37,382 nt of DNA from Acidobacteriota bacterium. Its GTDB lineage: Bacteria > Acidobacteriota > Holophagae > Thermotomaculales > Thermotomaculaceae. Below, one piece after another: positions 25,996 through 34,593 of the stretch. Every line of letters starts with the position of its first letter. The stretch's first letter is position 1. Position numbers and translations under genes: made by a program. A model generated the notes under the pieces. The model made no database searches and was not told where the DNA came from. It saw only the letters and a list, made by a program, of their open reading frames with translations. Location: the NCBI GenBank assembly GCA_003650445.1, contig QMQE01000001.1, positions 1-37,382 on the forward strand, written 5' to 3'.

Positions 25996-27400
25996 TGGCA
26001 GAACCTCCCACTGTGAGTTCAGAAATCCGCACCGTCGGAAGCCCGATTCCGACAGGAACACTTTGCCCCTTCCCGCAAACCCAGGTTCCGGTACTCAACC
26101 TGAAATCATTTCCCACCATGTCTACACGGTTCAACGCGTCTGGACCGTTCCCGATTAGTGTCAGATTCTTCAGCGGTGATGTAATCTTACCATTTTCAAT
26201 GAGATATGACTCACTTGGAACAAAAACAAAATCCCCGCTTGCAATGTTCACCTGCCCTCCTGAAAATGCGACGCAATAGACGCCCTTCTTGACACTGGCC
26301 ACGACCTCATCCGCAGGGGTTTCCCCTTCTGCCATAAAAGTGGCGCGCATCCGGGGAATCGGAGGATACTGGAAAGATTCGCGGCGGCCGTTTCCGGTTC
26401 GCTTTAACTTCAATGTATCAGATGTGATCCTGTCGTTCATGAAGTCCTTCAAAACGCCGTTCTCAATCAGTATTGAGCGTTTTGCAGGTGTCAACTCATC
26501 ATCAAATCCCAGCGCCCCACGATTGGACGGGATAGTGCCGTCATCCACCACCGTGCACAGGGGAGAAGCGACCTGCTCCCCTACCCGGCCGGTGTACGCA
26601 GAAGCCTTCTTCCAGATAAAATCGGCTTCCAGGGGATGTCCCACCGATTCATGAATCAAAACACCGGATTCCCCCGCAGCCAGTACCACCGGCATCACTC
26701 CGGCAGGGGCGGGCCGGGCATCCAGCATTGTTACCGCCTGTTTTGCAGCCTTTTTCCCGATTGTTTCCGGAGATTCCACCTGTTCAAAAACCTCAAACCC
26801 CATCCGCATTCCCACACCACTCCTGCCGAATTGGATGTTGTTTTTTCCTGAAGCCCGGGCTGAAACAGAAAGGGTTACCATGGGGCGGATATCCTCTCCC
26901 CACTCGCCTTCACTGTTAAAAATCAAAATTCTGTCAGTGCTGTCTGTCATGCTGATGGTCACCCGATCAATCAGTGGACTTTCGGACCGGGCCGCTTTCA
27001 ACACACGCCGAACCAGTTCAGCCCGTTGAGACACATCCGTTTTCAACAAGGGGATTTCCTGAGAATACAATTTAAGCGGTAAAATTTCACGCTTTCCGGC
27101 AGAAACTGTTTTGCTTTTTCCGCTTCCGGCAATGGCCTCGGCAAAACCGGCTGCACGTATAATGTCATCCGGCTCAAAACTTTCGCAAAACGAATACCCG
27201 GTACTTTCCCCATCCACAACCCGGACCCCGGTTCCCGCTGAAACCGACCGTGTGGCTGATTTCAAAATCCCATCTTCCACACGGACAGTGGTCGTGACCC
27301 GATACTGGAGAAAAATATCGGAAAATGTCCCCTTACTGATGCGGGAAAATATTCGGGACGCTTCTTCTTTTGAAAAGGGGATCCGACTCTCAATTATCAC
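25985..27400 (-). CDS. tldD: TldD metalloprotease subunit
   Basis: HESVGHPLEAD (HExxxH) and GNGRRESFQYPPIPRMRATF. The ORF is 471 aa and lies directly upstream of pmbA. Confidence 0.9.
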   Translation of the reverse strand: MIIESRIPFSKEEASRIFSRISKGTFSDIFLQYRVTTTVRVEDGILKSATRSVSAGTGVRVVDGESTGYSFCESFEPDDIIRAAGFAEAIAGSGKSKTVSAGKREILPLKLYSQEIPLLKTDVSQRAELVRRVLKAARSESPLIDRVTISMTDSTDRILIFNSEGEWGEDIRPMVTLSVSARASGKNNIQFGRSGVGMRMGFEVFEQVESPETIGKKAAKQAVTMLDARPAPAGVMPVVLAAGESGVLIHESVGHPLEADFIWKKASAYTGRVGEQVASPLCTVVDDGTIPSNRGALGFDDELTPAKRSILIENGVLKDFMNDRITSDTLKLKRTGNGRRESFQYPPIPRMRATFMAEGETPADEVVASVKKGVYCVAFSGGQVNIASGDFVFVPSESYLIENGKITSPLKNLTLIGNGPDALNRVDMVGNDFRLSTGTWVCGKGQSVPVGIGLPTVRISELTVGGSANGE

Positions 27401-27457
27401 AATATCTCCAATTTAATTGAGTTCCTGGCTATCGTCTGGATTGCTGTCATAGTGTCT

Positions 27458-28231
27458 CTATTTAACTGCCTTTGCTTCTGTTAAGAGAATCGCGTATTTA
27501 TAGCCAAAACCAAAATCCTTGTTTACTTCCACTTTTCCCTTCAATACGACGGTATCACCGGGCTTGAATGTTTCGTCTGTGGTTACAGCAAGGTGATTCT
27601 CACCGGAACTGGCATCCTTCAGATGAATCCAGTTTTTCTTCATAATCATCGGCAGGAATTTCGTCACCAGGCCATGGATTTTTACTGTTTTTCCCGCATA
27701 ATTGCCGGGATTCTTCAACAAATTCTCAATGGGAATGCTGCCATTTACCGGCTTGACACCGGATGCGTCCATTTTGGCATCTTCAGCCATGTGAGCTTTT
27801 CCCATCTGATGTGGATTCTCAATCGCATTTATTGCCTGTCCCCCATGGGGATTCTTTGTCATTTTTCCCATCCCCATGCCCATGGGTTGTGAACCATCTC
27901 CCATATGGCCTTTTCCATTGACCAGGACATCATCAGCAAAATAAATCACATCAAAGGTCCGCTTCAGAGATTTTACCGGAAATTTCTCCATCTTCATCGG
28001 ATGAATCAGCTGGGCCGCGTCTCCCTCTTTTACTTCAATGGGCCGGGTTGCGGCCCAGAAGTTACCCGCTTCTCCTTTGATTTCAAGGTATGTGTAGCCA
28101 CCCCCACTTTTAACAGTTACGACAGTCCCGGAAAAAGGTGCCGTTTCCGCCTTTTTTGCATTCGCTTCCTTGTTTCCACAACTTATCTGACTTACTACTA
28201 ACAATACAACCATTACCATAAACTTCTTCAT
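27458..28231 (-). CDS. Lipoprotein-like protein with two OB-like modules and a Met/His-rich linker
   Basis: The signal ends ISC. The N-module contains GGGYTYLEIKGEAGNFWAA. The C-module (GKTVKIHGLVTKF..KNWIHLKDASSGENHLAVTT..GDTVVLKGKVEVNKDFGFGYKY) resembles OB-fold proteins of this type. The linker is described in the findings. Confidence 0.7.
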   Translation of the reverse strand: MKKFMVMVVLLVVSQISCGNKEANAKKAETAPFSGTVVTVKSGGGYTYLEIKGEAGNFWAATRPIEVKEGDAAQLIHPMKMEKFPVKSLKRTFDVIYFADDVLVNGKGHMGDGSQPMGMGMGKMTKNPHGGQAINAIENPHQMGKAHMAEDAKMDASGVKPVNGSIPIENLLKNPGNYAGKTVKIHGLVTKFLPMIMKKNWIHLKDASSGENHLAVTTDETFKPGDTVVLKGKVEVNKDFGFGYKYAILLTEAKAVK

Positions 28232-28323
28232 TAGCTTATCTCCTTTTTTTTCTGTTATTACAGATGTTATTGCACTTTTCTTACCTATCTAATCAGTTGA
28301 GCTATAAATTGCATCTTACTGAT

Positions 28324-30120
28324 TTACAATTTCTTTGTTGCTTTCCTAAGCCACTCAAGATCGTCTCCGGACAATAAGGGAGAAAGACTGTCAAATACAA
28401 AGCGATGGTACCGGTTCAGATAGTCCAGTTCCGCGTCTGTCAGCAGGGATTGTTCCACCAGCCTTGTGTCGATGGGGCACACTGTCAAGTTTTCAAAACG
28501 GTTGAAAGGCAATTCCTTATCCGGTGCGGTTTCATCCTGCACCACATATACCAGATTCTCTATCCGAATTCCAAATTCTCCCGCAAGATAGAAGCCCGGT
28601 TCATTGGAAGTGACCATACCCGGCATGAACGGAACACCGATGCACCGGTAATAAGAAATTGCATGGGGGCCCTCATGCACGTTGAGGTAGGAACCAACTC
28701 CATGCCCGGTTCCATGGCCATAGTTCAGGCCCACCTCCCACAAAGGCAACCGGGCAATAGTATCCAACTGTTTCCCCACTGTCCCCACCGGAAACCGGCA
28801 CATCCCTAAGTCGATATGGCCTTTCAAAACCCGTGTGAACAATTCCTTCTGCTTTTTTGTCGGATTCCCCAGGGTAACTGTCCGGGTAATATCGGTTGTG
28901 CCGTCCAGATACTGACCACCCGAGTCCACCAGATAAATCCCATCCGGTTTCAGTTCCACATCGGTTTCAGGCGTCGGGCCATAGTGGATAATGGCTCCGT
29001 GGGGACCATAGGAAGAGATAGTCTCAAAGCTCAAACCTGTAAAATGTTCATTTTCGGCCCGAAAACCCGCCAGTTTGTCTGCGGCCGAAATTTCAGTCAC
29101 ACCACCGGCCGGAACGGCTTTCTCAAGCCAGTTCAGGAAACGAACCATTGCGACCCCGTCCCGGACGTGGGCTTTCTTGAACCCTTCCAGCTCCACCTCA
29201 TTCTTGACTGCCTTCAACAGGGTAATGGGACTGGTGCCCATCTCAACGCTACAATTTCCTTCCAGTTGTTCAGTGACCCATTGACTGGCCGAACCCGAAT
29301 CCAGCAGGATTCTTCCACCGCCATCAGCCAGCTCTCCCAACGCATCGGCAAATGCTTCATATTCATTAATATTCACTTGCCCGGCAAGATGCGACCGAAG
29401 TGATTCCCCTACCTTTTCTCCGTGAACAAAGAGCATGGCGGAATCCATCGTCACAATGGCGTAGGCAATCACAACCGGATTGTATTCGACGTCCGAACCC
29501 CGGACATTATAAAGCCAGGCAATGGCATCCAGCATCGTCACCACATGGGCATCCATCCTGCGCAATTTGAGTTCGCGACGGATTTTTTCCAGTTTATCTG
29601 CTACCGATTCCCCGGAAAATTCAACAGGATGCACCCGTACCGGTTCTGATGGCACATCCGGCCTATCGGCCCAGATTAAATCCACGAGGTTTTCAGACAG
29701 GGAAATCAGCCCGATTCCCGACATTGCCCATGTTTCAGCCATAGCACTGAATTCACCGCTGGTGAACAACCTTGCGTCCACCCCTACCCGCTCTCCACTT
29801 GACAGTTGGTCCGTAATCCAGCTGACAATGGAAGGTGTGCCGGAAACACCCTGTTTGAACAGGGTAATCCCGCTGCCTTCAAGCTGGTCTTCTGCCTGGA
29901 GAAAATAGCGGGAATCTGTCCAGAGCCCAGCCTTGTCCATCGTCACCACTACATCCCCTGCGGAACCGGTAAACCCGCTGATCCACTCCCTGCGCCGCCA
30001 GAAGGCGGGCACATATTCACTCTGATGAGGGTCGGTACTGGGGACGATATAGGCCTGCACCCCGTTTTCCGCCATCAACGACCGTAATTTCCGGAGCCTG
30101 TCTTTTATCATTAGCTTCAC
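28324..30120 (-). CDS. pepP: Xaa-Pro aminopeptidase (M24B, aminopeptidase P with creatinase-like N-domains)
   Basis: The 598-aa ORF contains VDSGGQY, DITRT, HGTGHGVGSYLNVHEGP, SNEPGFY and IRIENL metal-ligand contexts. Confidence 0.88.
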   Translation of the reverse strand: MKLMIKDRLRKLRSLMAENGVQAYIVPSTDPHQSEYVPAFWRRREWISGFTGSAGDVVVTMDKAGLWTDSRYFLQAEDQLEGSGITLFKQGVSGTPSIVSWITDQLSSGERVGVDARLFTSGEFSAMAETWAMSGIGLISLSENLVDLIWADRPDVPSEPVRVHPVEFSGESVADKLEKIRRELKLRRMDAHVVTMLDAIAWLYNVRGSDVEYNPVVIAYAIVTMDSAMLFVHGEKVGESLRSHLAGQVNINEYEAFADALGELADGGGRILLDSGSASQWVTEQLEGNCSVEMGTSPITLLKAVKNEVELEGFKKAHVRDGVAMVRFLNWLEKAVPAGGVTEISAADKLAGFRAENEHFTGLSFETISSYGPHGAIIHYGPTPETDVELKPDGIYLVDSGGQYLDGTTDITRTVTLGNPTKKQKELFTRVLKGHIDLGMCRFPVGTVGKQLDTIARLPLWEVGLNYGHGTGHGVGSYLNVHEGPHAISYYRCIGVPFMPGMVTSNEPGFYLAGEFGIRIENLVYVVQDETAPDKELPFNRFENLTVCPIDTRLVEQSLLTDAELDYLNRYHRFVFDSLSPLLSGDDLEWLRKATKKL

Positions 30121-30160
30121 TCCTGCTTTTCATTGTCATCCAGTATGGTACAACAAAAAC

Positions 30161-30304
30161 ATCCGTATGAAACAGTGAAACTGTTTTCATTTCTATTAAA
30201 ATCAGTTATTCTTAAAAAAATATTTCAGGGAAAACAGGTGTTTTTTGCGTATATTGAACCAGTTTTCGGATATGAGAAACCATTTAGCAAAGAAATCCGT
30301 ATGA
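30161..30304. promoter_or_regulatory. Repeated motifs in the divergent pepP / Asp-box-gene control region
   Basis: ATCCGTATGA occurs at 30161-30170 and 30295-30304, with a related GGATATGAGAAAC near 30268. There is an imperfect inverted repeat, ATGAAACAG-tgaaa-CTGTTTTCAT (30167-30190), and a third GAAAACAG at 30231-30238. Confidence 0.4.
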
Positions 30305-30363
30305 TAAATCGTGAATTCCAAACAAGCAGGAGTTTTTATGCCTCAAAATTCAGGGAGGGGAAT

Positions 30364-33300
30364 ATGATTAGAAAATTAGGTTCTTTACTGGCGTTGTTTG
30401 CGCTTTTTACCATGGCATCTGCCACAATGGCAAAAAAGAAAAAGAAGCCTGTAAAAGAAAAGCAGGCCATTTCATCTAAGATTCTCAGCGGCTTAAAATT
30501 CAGAAGTATCGGTCCGGCATTTGCATCAGGACGAATTGCCGATATAGCAGTCAATCCAAGCAACCACAGCCAGTGGTTCATCGGGGTCGCCTCCGGGAAC
30601 GTATGGAAAACCGATAATGCCGGTGTAAGCTGGAAACCCGTGTTCGACAAGTACGGTGCATGGTCCATCGCCGACGTTGAGATTGATCCCAATAATACCC
30701 ACGTCATCTGGGTGGGAACCGGCGAATATAACAGCCAGCGTGCCATTGGCTACGGAGATGGGGTTTATCGCTCCCTTGATGGCGGCAAATCATTCAAAAA
30801 CATGGGGCTGAAGAAATCTGAACATATCGGGCGAATAGCCATTGACCCCCGAAATTCCCACGTCTATGTTGCTGCCCAGGGGCCTCTCTGGGGACCGGGT
30901 GGTGAACGGGGCCTCTACAAAAGTACAGACATGGGCAAGACATGGGATCGGATACTGTTCGTCAGCGACAACACCGGGATTACCGATGTAGTACTGGATC
31001 CCAGAAACCCCGACACTGTCTATTGCGCAGCATACCAGCGTCGTCGCCGCGTGTTTACCCTCATTGACGGGGGGCCGGAAGGCGCCATTTACAAATCCAC
31101 CGATGCCGGAAAGACCTGGCGAAAATTGAAATCCGGCCTGCCCTCCGGCGATATCGGCCGCATCGGGCTGGCAATTTCACCGGTCAACCCGGACATCCTC
31201 TACGCCATTGTGGAAGCTGAGGGGAAATCCGGCGGTATCTTCTGTTCTACCAACCGGGGCGAAACATGGGAACGGCGCAGTCCTTACATGAGTACAAGCC
31301 CCCAGTATTATAACCGACTCTACTGTGACCCTGTGAATGCGGACAAGGTTTATTCCATGGATACCCTCGGGCGCGTCAGTGTGGACGGAGGGAAGACATG
31401 GAACGCAATCGGAAACCGCCACCGCCACGTGGACGATCACACGCTATGGGTGGATCCAGGCGATACCCGTCATATCCTCATCGGCTGCGACGGCGGCCTC
31501 TATCAATCCTTTGATGCCGGTAAAAACTGGCTTTTTGAGCAAAATCTGCCTGTAACCCAGTTTTACCGGGTATCCTTAGACAACACTAAACCTTTTTACT
31601 ACGTTTACGGTGGCACCCAGGACAACAACAGTATGGGCGGCCCCTCAAGGACAATCTGTAGAAACGGTATCTTCAACTCCGACTGGTTTGTAACCCAGGG
31701 TGGAGACGGATTTGAAAGCCAGGTGGACCCGAAAAATCCCGACATTGTGTACGCTCAGTCCCAATATGGTGGCCTGGCACGCTTTGACCGGAAAAGCGGG
31801 GAATCCATCGATATCCAGCCTCAGCCCCCAAAGGGAGAGGCATACCGATGGAACTGGAACGCTCCATTGATTATCAGCCCCCATTCCCCCACCAGACTCT
31901 ATTTCGCAGCCAACAAGCTGTTCAGAAGTGATGACCGGGGAAACACATGGGAAGTTGTCAGCCCTGACCTGACGCGTCAAATTGACCGAAATACGCTGCC
32001 GGTCATGGGACGCATTCAGAGTGTAGATGCCGTTGCCAAAAACGCATCCACATCCTTGTTCGGAAATATCGTGGCACTGGATGAGTCCCCCCTTGTGGAA
32101 GGGCTGCTCTACGTCGGCACAGATGACGGCCTGATCCAGATTTCTGAAGACGGTGGAAAGAACTGGCGCAAGGTGGAAAAAATCGGTGGATTGCCTGAAC
32201 TGAGCTATGTAGATTACCTTCTGGCGTCCAACCATCAGAAGGATACTGTTTTTGCCGCATTCGACACCCGCAAGAACAACGATCTTCGGCCCCACCTCTT
32301 CAAAAGCCCGGACAGGGGAAAAACCTGGCAGTCCATCGCCAGAGGCCTGCCGGAAAGAGGCACTGTTTACTGCATTGCTGAAGATCACATAAATTCAAAC
32401 CTCCTTTTCGTCGGAACCGAATTCGGGCTGTTTGTCACCCTGGACGGTGGAAAGCACTGGGTACAAATGAAAGGTAGCCTGCCCACCACACAAGTACGGG
32501 ACATTGCAATTAAACGTGGAGAAAATGACCTCGTGTTGGCCACTTTTGGCCGCGGCTTTTACGTTCTGGACGACTACAGCCCCCTTCGCAGGCTCTCAGA
32601 ACAACTGGTAAAACAGCCATTTGTCCTCTTCCCTGTGAAAGATTCGTGGATGTTCATGGAAAGCAGGGGGAAATCCAACATGGGCGAAACTCACTACGCT
32701 GCCAAGAATCCACCGGTGGGCGCGGTGTTCACGTATTACCTGAAGGACAGTATCAAAACACTGAAGCAGATTCGCAAAGCAAAAGAAAAAAAGGCACTCA
32801 AAGAAAAGAAACCTGTGCCCTACCCCTCCTGGGATGAACTGAGAAGAGAAGACACTGAAACCGCCCCCTACCTGCTGTTCACTGTCCGTGACAGCGACGG
32901 CAACATCGTTCGCCGACTGAAATCGTCGGCTTCTTCCGGCACTCATCGGGTCGTCTGGGATTTCCGCTATCCGGACGTTTCACCTGTTCGAGGCGGCAGT
33001 GAAGGGCTCGCAGGAAGATCCCGAAAACAAAATGGAGACAGCGGCATGCTGGCCATGCCGGGTGTATACAGCGTTGAGGCCGCAACGGTTGTCAGGGGCA
33101 ATATCACTCCACTGAAAGGTAAACAGTCGTTTCAGGCAAAGATTCTGGCCAACACAACACTCCCAGCAGCGGACCGGAAAGAACTCGTGGCATTCCAGCA
33201 TAAAATTTCCAGTTTGTTACGGGCCGTGCAGGGAACCGGCCAATTACTCAGTGATCTGCAAAAAGAAGTTAAGGCCATGAAAACAGCTGCCTATCGGACA

Positions 33301-33645
33301 CCGGAAGCCAGCAATGAACTGAATCAAAAACTGCAGGCAGTGGAGAAGAAACTGGAATCCCTCAATCGCAGGCTGAACGGTGATAACACCATCTCCAGTC
33401 GGAACGCAAACCAGCCGCCATCTATTTCCAGCCGCGTGTATGGCCTGGTGTACAGCCAATGGCGATCCACATCCTCTCCCACAATGACCATGCAAAAGCA
33501 ATATCGCATTGCCGGTGAACTATTCCAGCCGATACTGGGAAAAATCCGTGAAATTGCCACTAAAGAACTTCCCGACCTGCAAACACAGCTTGAAAACTTG
33601 AAAGCGCCCTGGACACCGGGCCGCATTCCAGACTGGAAATTCTAA
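30364..33645 (+). CDS. Secreted Asp-box (BNR) repeat, sortilin/VPS10-like double beta-propeller protein (1093 aa)
   Basis: The start is ATG 30364 after GGGAGGGG, and the upstream part of the 1170-aa track ORF is AT-rich non-coding. A signal peptide is followed by a KKKKKP tract. At least ten Asp-box motifs are present (SLDGGKSF, STDMGKTW, STDAGKTW, STNRGETW, SVDGGKTW, SFDAGKNW, SDDRGNTW, SEDGGKNW, SPDRGKTW, TLDGGKHW). The C-terminal tail is coiled-coil-like. Confidence 0.85.
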   Translation: MIRKLGSLLALFALFTMASATMAKKKKKPVKEKQAISSKILSGLKFRSIGPAFASGRIADIAVNPSNHSQWFIGVASGNVWKTDNAGVSWKPVFDKYGAWSIADVEIDPNNTHVIWVGTGEYNSQRAIGYGDGVYRSLDGGKSFKNMGLKKSEHIGRIAIDPRNSHVYVAAQGPLWGPGGERGLYKSTDMGKTWDRILFVSDNTGITDVVLDPRNPDTVYCAAYQRRRRVFTLIDGGPEGAIYKSTDAGKTWRKLKSGLPSGDIGRIGLAISPVNPDILYAIVEAEGKSGGIFCSTNRGETWERRSPYMSTSPQYYNRLYCDPVNADKVYSMDTLGRVSVDGGKTWNAIGNRHRHVDDHTLWVDPGDTRHILIGCDGGLYQSFDAGKNWLFEQNLPVTQFYRVSLDNTKPFYYVYGGTQDNNSMGGPSRTICRNGIFNSDWFVTQGGDGFESQVDPKNPDIVYAQSQYGGLARFDRKSGESIDIQPQPPKGEAYRWNWNAPLIISPHSPTRLYFAANKLFRSDDRGNTWEVVSPDLTRQIDRNTLPVMGRIQSVDAVAKNASTSLFGNIVALDESPLVEGLLYVGTDDGLIQISEDGGKNWRKVEKIGGLPELSYVDYLLASNHQKDTVFAAFDTRKNNDLRPHLFKSPDRGKTWQSIARGLPERGTVYCIAEDHINSNLLFVGTEFGLFVTLDGGKHWVQMKGSLPTTQVRDIAIKRGENDLVLATFGRGFYVLDDYSPLRRLSEQLVKQPFVLFPVKDSWMFMESRGKSNMGETHYAAKNPPVGAVFTYYLKDSIKTLKQIRKAKEKKALKEKKPVPYPSWDELRREDTETAPYLLFTVRDSDGNIVRRLKSSASSGTHRVVWDFRYPDVSPVRGGSEGLAGRSRKQNGDSGMLAMPGVYSVEAATVVRGNITPLKGKQSFQAKILANTTLPAADRKELVAFQHKISSLLRAVQGTGQLLSDLQKEVKAMKTAAYRTPEASNELNQKLQAVEKKLESLNRRLNGDNTISSRNANQPPSISSRVYGLVYSQWRSTSSPTMTMQKQYRIAGELFQPILGKIREIATKELPDLQTQLENLKAPWTPGRIPDWKF

Positions 33646-33659
33646 GGGCTTATTCAGAA

Positions 33660-33685
33660 AGAAGGAGGGGAATTCCCCTCCTTCT
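33660..33685. terminator. Palindromic hairpin between convergent genes
   Basis: AGAAGGAGGGG-aatt-CCCCTCCTTCT forms an 11-bp stem. The flanking T-runs are poor, so it is a probable bidirectional terminator with reduced confidence. Confidence 0.55.
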
Positions 33686-33709
33686 TGCTGAACCAAATAA
33701 ACATTAACT

Positions 33710-34348
33710 TTACGACTTATCAATAAATAAAGAAAAGCGGTGATTCCGATATCGCAAATGGGCTATTTTGCGGGATCTTCTGGAAACCTCTCGTAGCCTG
33801 CCCCACTTGATTTTCGTCAGCCCGGACACCCTTTTTTCCAATCTGTCCCAGTCGGATAAACGATGAAAATGGGAATAGTCTATGATCATTGAGTCCTTGC
33901 TCAATCGCCCATTCTCAACTTTCACTGTAAAATAGAAAAGATGACGCACCACTTTTCCAGTCAATTCGAATTCCTTTTCAGCTGCAAGAAACAGCCTGGA
34001 TTCAGCACCTTTCCCGCGCTCGAACTCATCCGGTGCCATTGCAGTGGCAAAAAAGAAGGGGTTTCCATCCTCATCATTGACCACAACGCCCACCGTTACG
34101 GTTTCCCCTCCCTGCCCCACTTTGTAAGGCCGATCCAGTTCCAGTGATTCCGGAGAATAACCCATGTTGCTCATGAACTGGTGGACCATATAAGCCCGGA
34201 CAAGCTCAGCATCTTCCGTTATCCTATGGATGGGAAGATTCTGGCGGATTCGGCTGGAATAGCGTACCGTGCCCTTGTCCAGATCCAGCTTTATCAACGC
34301 GTCTTCTGTTGAATCAATTTCAGAAACAATCAGCTCTTTCCAATTCAT
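33710..34348 (-). CDS. HsdR_N-like (type I restriction R-subunit N-terminal, PD-(D/E)xK fold) domain protein, catalytic residues apparently lost
   Basis: The 212-aa ORF follows the family template as I recall it: DAELVRAYMVHQFMSNMGYSPESLELDRPYKVG...TVTVGVVVNDEDGNPFFFATAMAPDEF against ..VRQ..L...GYP...I..E......D(I/L)VV.D..G.P...VECKAP. Gly replaces the Asp and T-A-M replaces E-C-K. The C-terminal tail is basic. Confidence 0.55.
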   Translation of the reverse strand: MNWKELIVSEIDSTEDALIKLDLDKGTVRYSSRIRQNLPIHRITEDAELVRAYMVHQFMSNMGYSPESLELDRPYKVGQGGETVTVGVVVNDEDGNPFFFATAMAPDEFERGKGAESRLFLAAEKEFELTGKVVRHLFYFTVKVENGRLSKDSMIIDYSHFHRLSDWDRLEKRVSGLTKIKWGRLREVSRRSRKIAHLRYRNHRFSLFIDKS

Positions 34349-34376
34349 TTATCACCTCTAAATCTGGCTCCATCAT

Positions 34377-34593
34377 ACATAATTTTCATGAATTCATCCA
34401 GAGAAAAGGGAGAAGAAACAAGGCCGGACAAGGTTGAGGTTGAGGTTAAGTGGAAGGCAAGCTTCAACAAAGAACCGGGAAAGCAGTAACTCTCTTCTTT
34501 CATTCACTCGCACTCGCACTTGCACTGCCCGAAGGGCATTTGCCATTTAACACCTGAACACTTAACATCTTTTATCTAACATCCGGCGGACGG
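34377..34593 (-). repeat. Modular intergenic element, copy in reverse orientation
   Basis: 34419-34441 (caaggccggacaaggttgaggtt) is 23/23 identical to the reverse complement of 247-269. The AGGTT array continues to 34461. tcactcgcactcgcacttgcac (34504-34525) is the reverse of the GTGCRAGTG array. Hairpins follow: GCCC-gaa-GGGC (34527-34537) and GGCA-ttt-TGCC. ttaacatct..ctaacatcc (34562-34584) is also present. The reverse-strand TTATGT (34377-34382) lies 28 nt before the ATG at 34348. Confidence 0.75.

Noticed and set aside
24652-27400. TldD/PmbA (and the M16 pair) as part of a RiPP/microcin maturation cluster
   Set aside because: I saw no precursor peptide, cyclodehydratase, transporter or immunity gene nearby. 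The neighbours are housekeeping genes (dus, htpX).
30133-30363. N-terminal 77-aa extension of the 1170-aa ORF
   Set aside because: This stretch is AT-rich intergenic-looking sequence carrying the repeated motifs. A strong GGGAGGGG SD and a signal peptide begin at ATG 30364.
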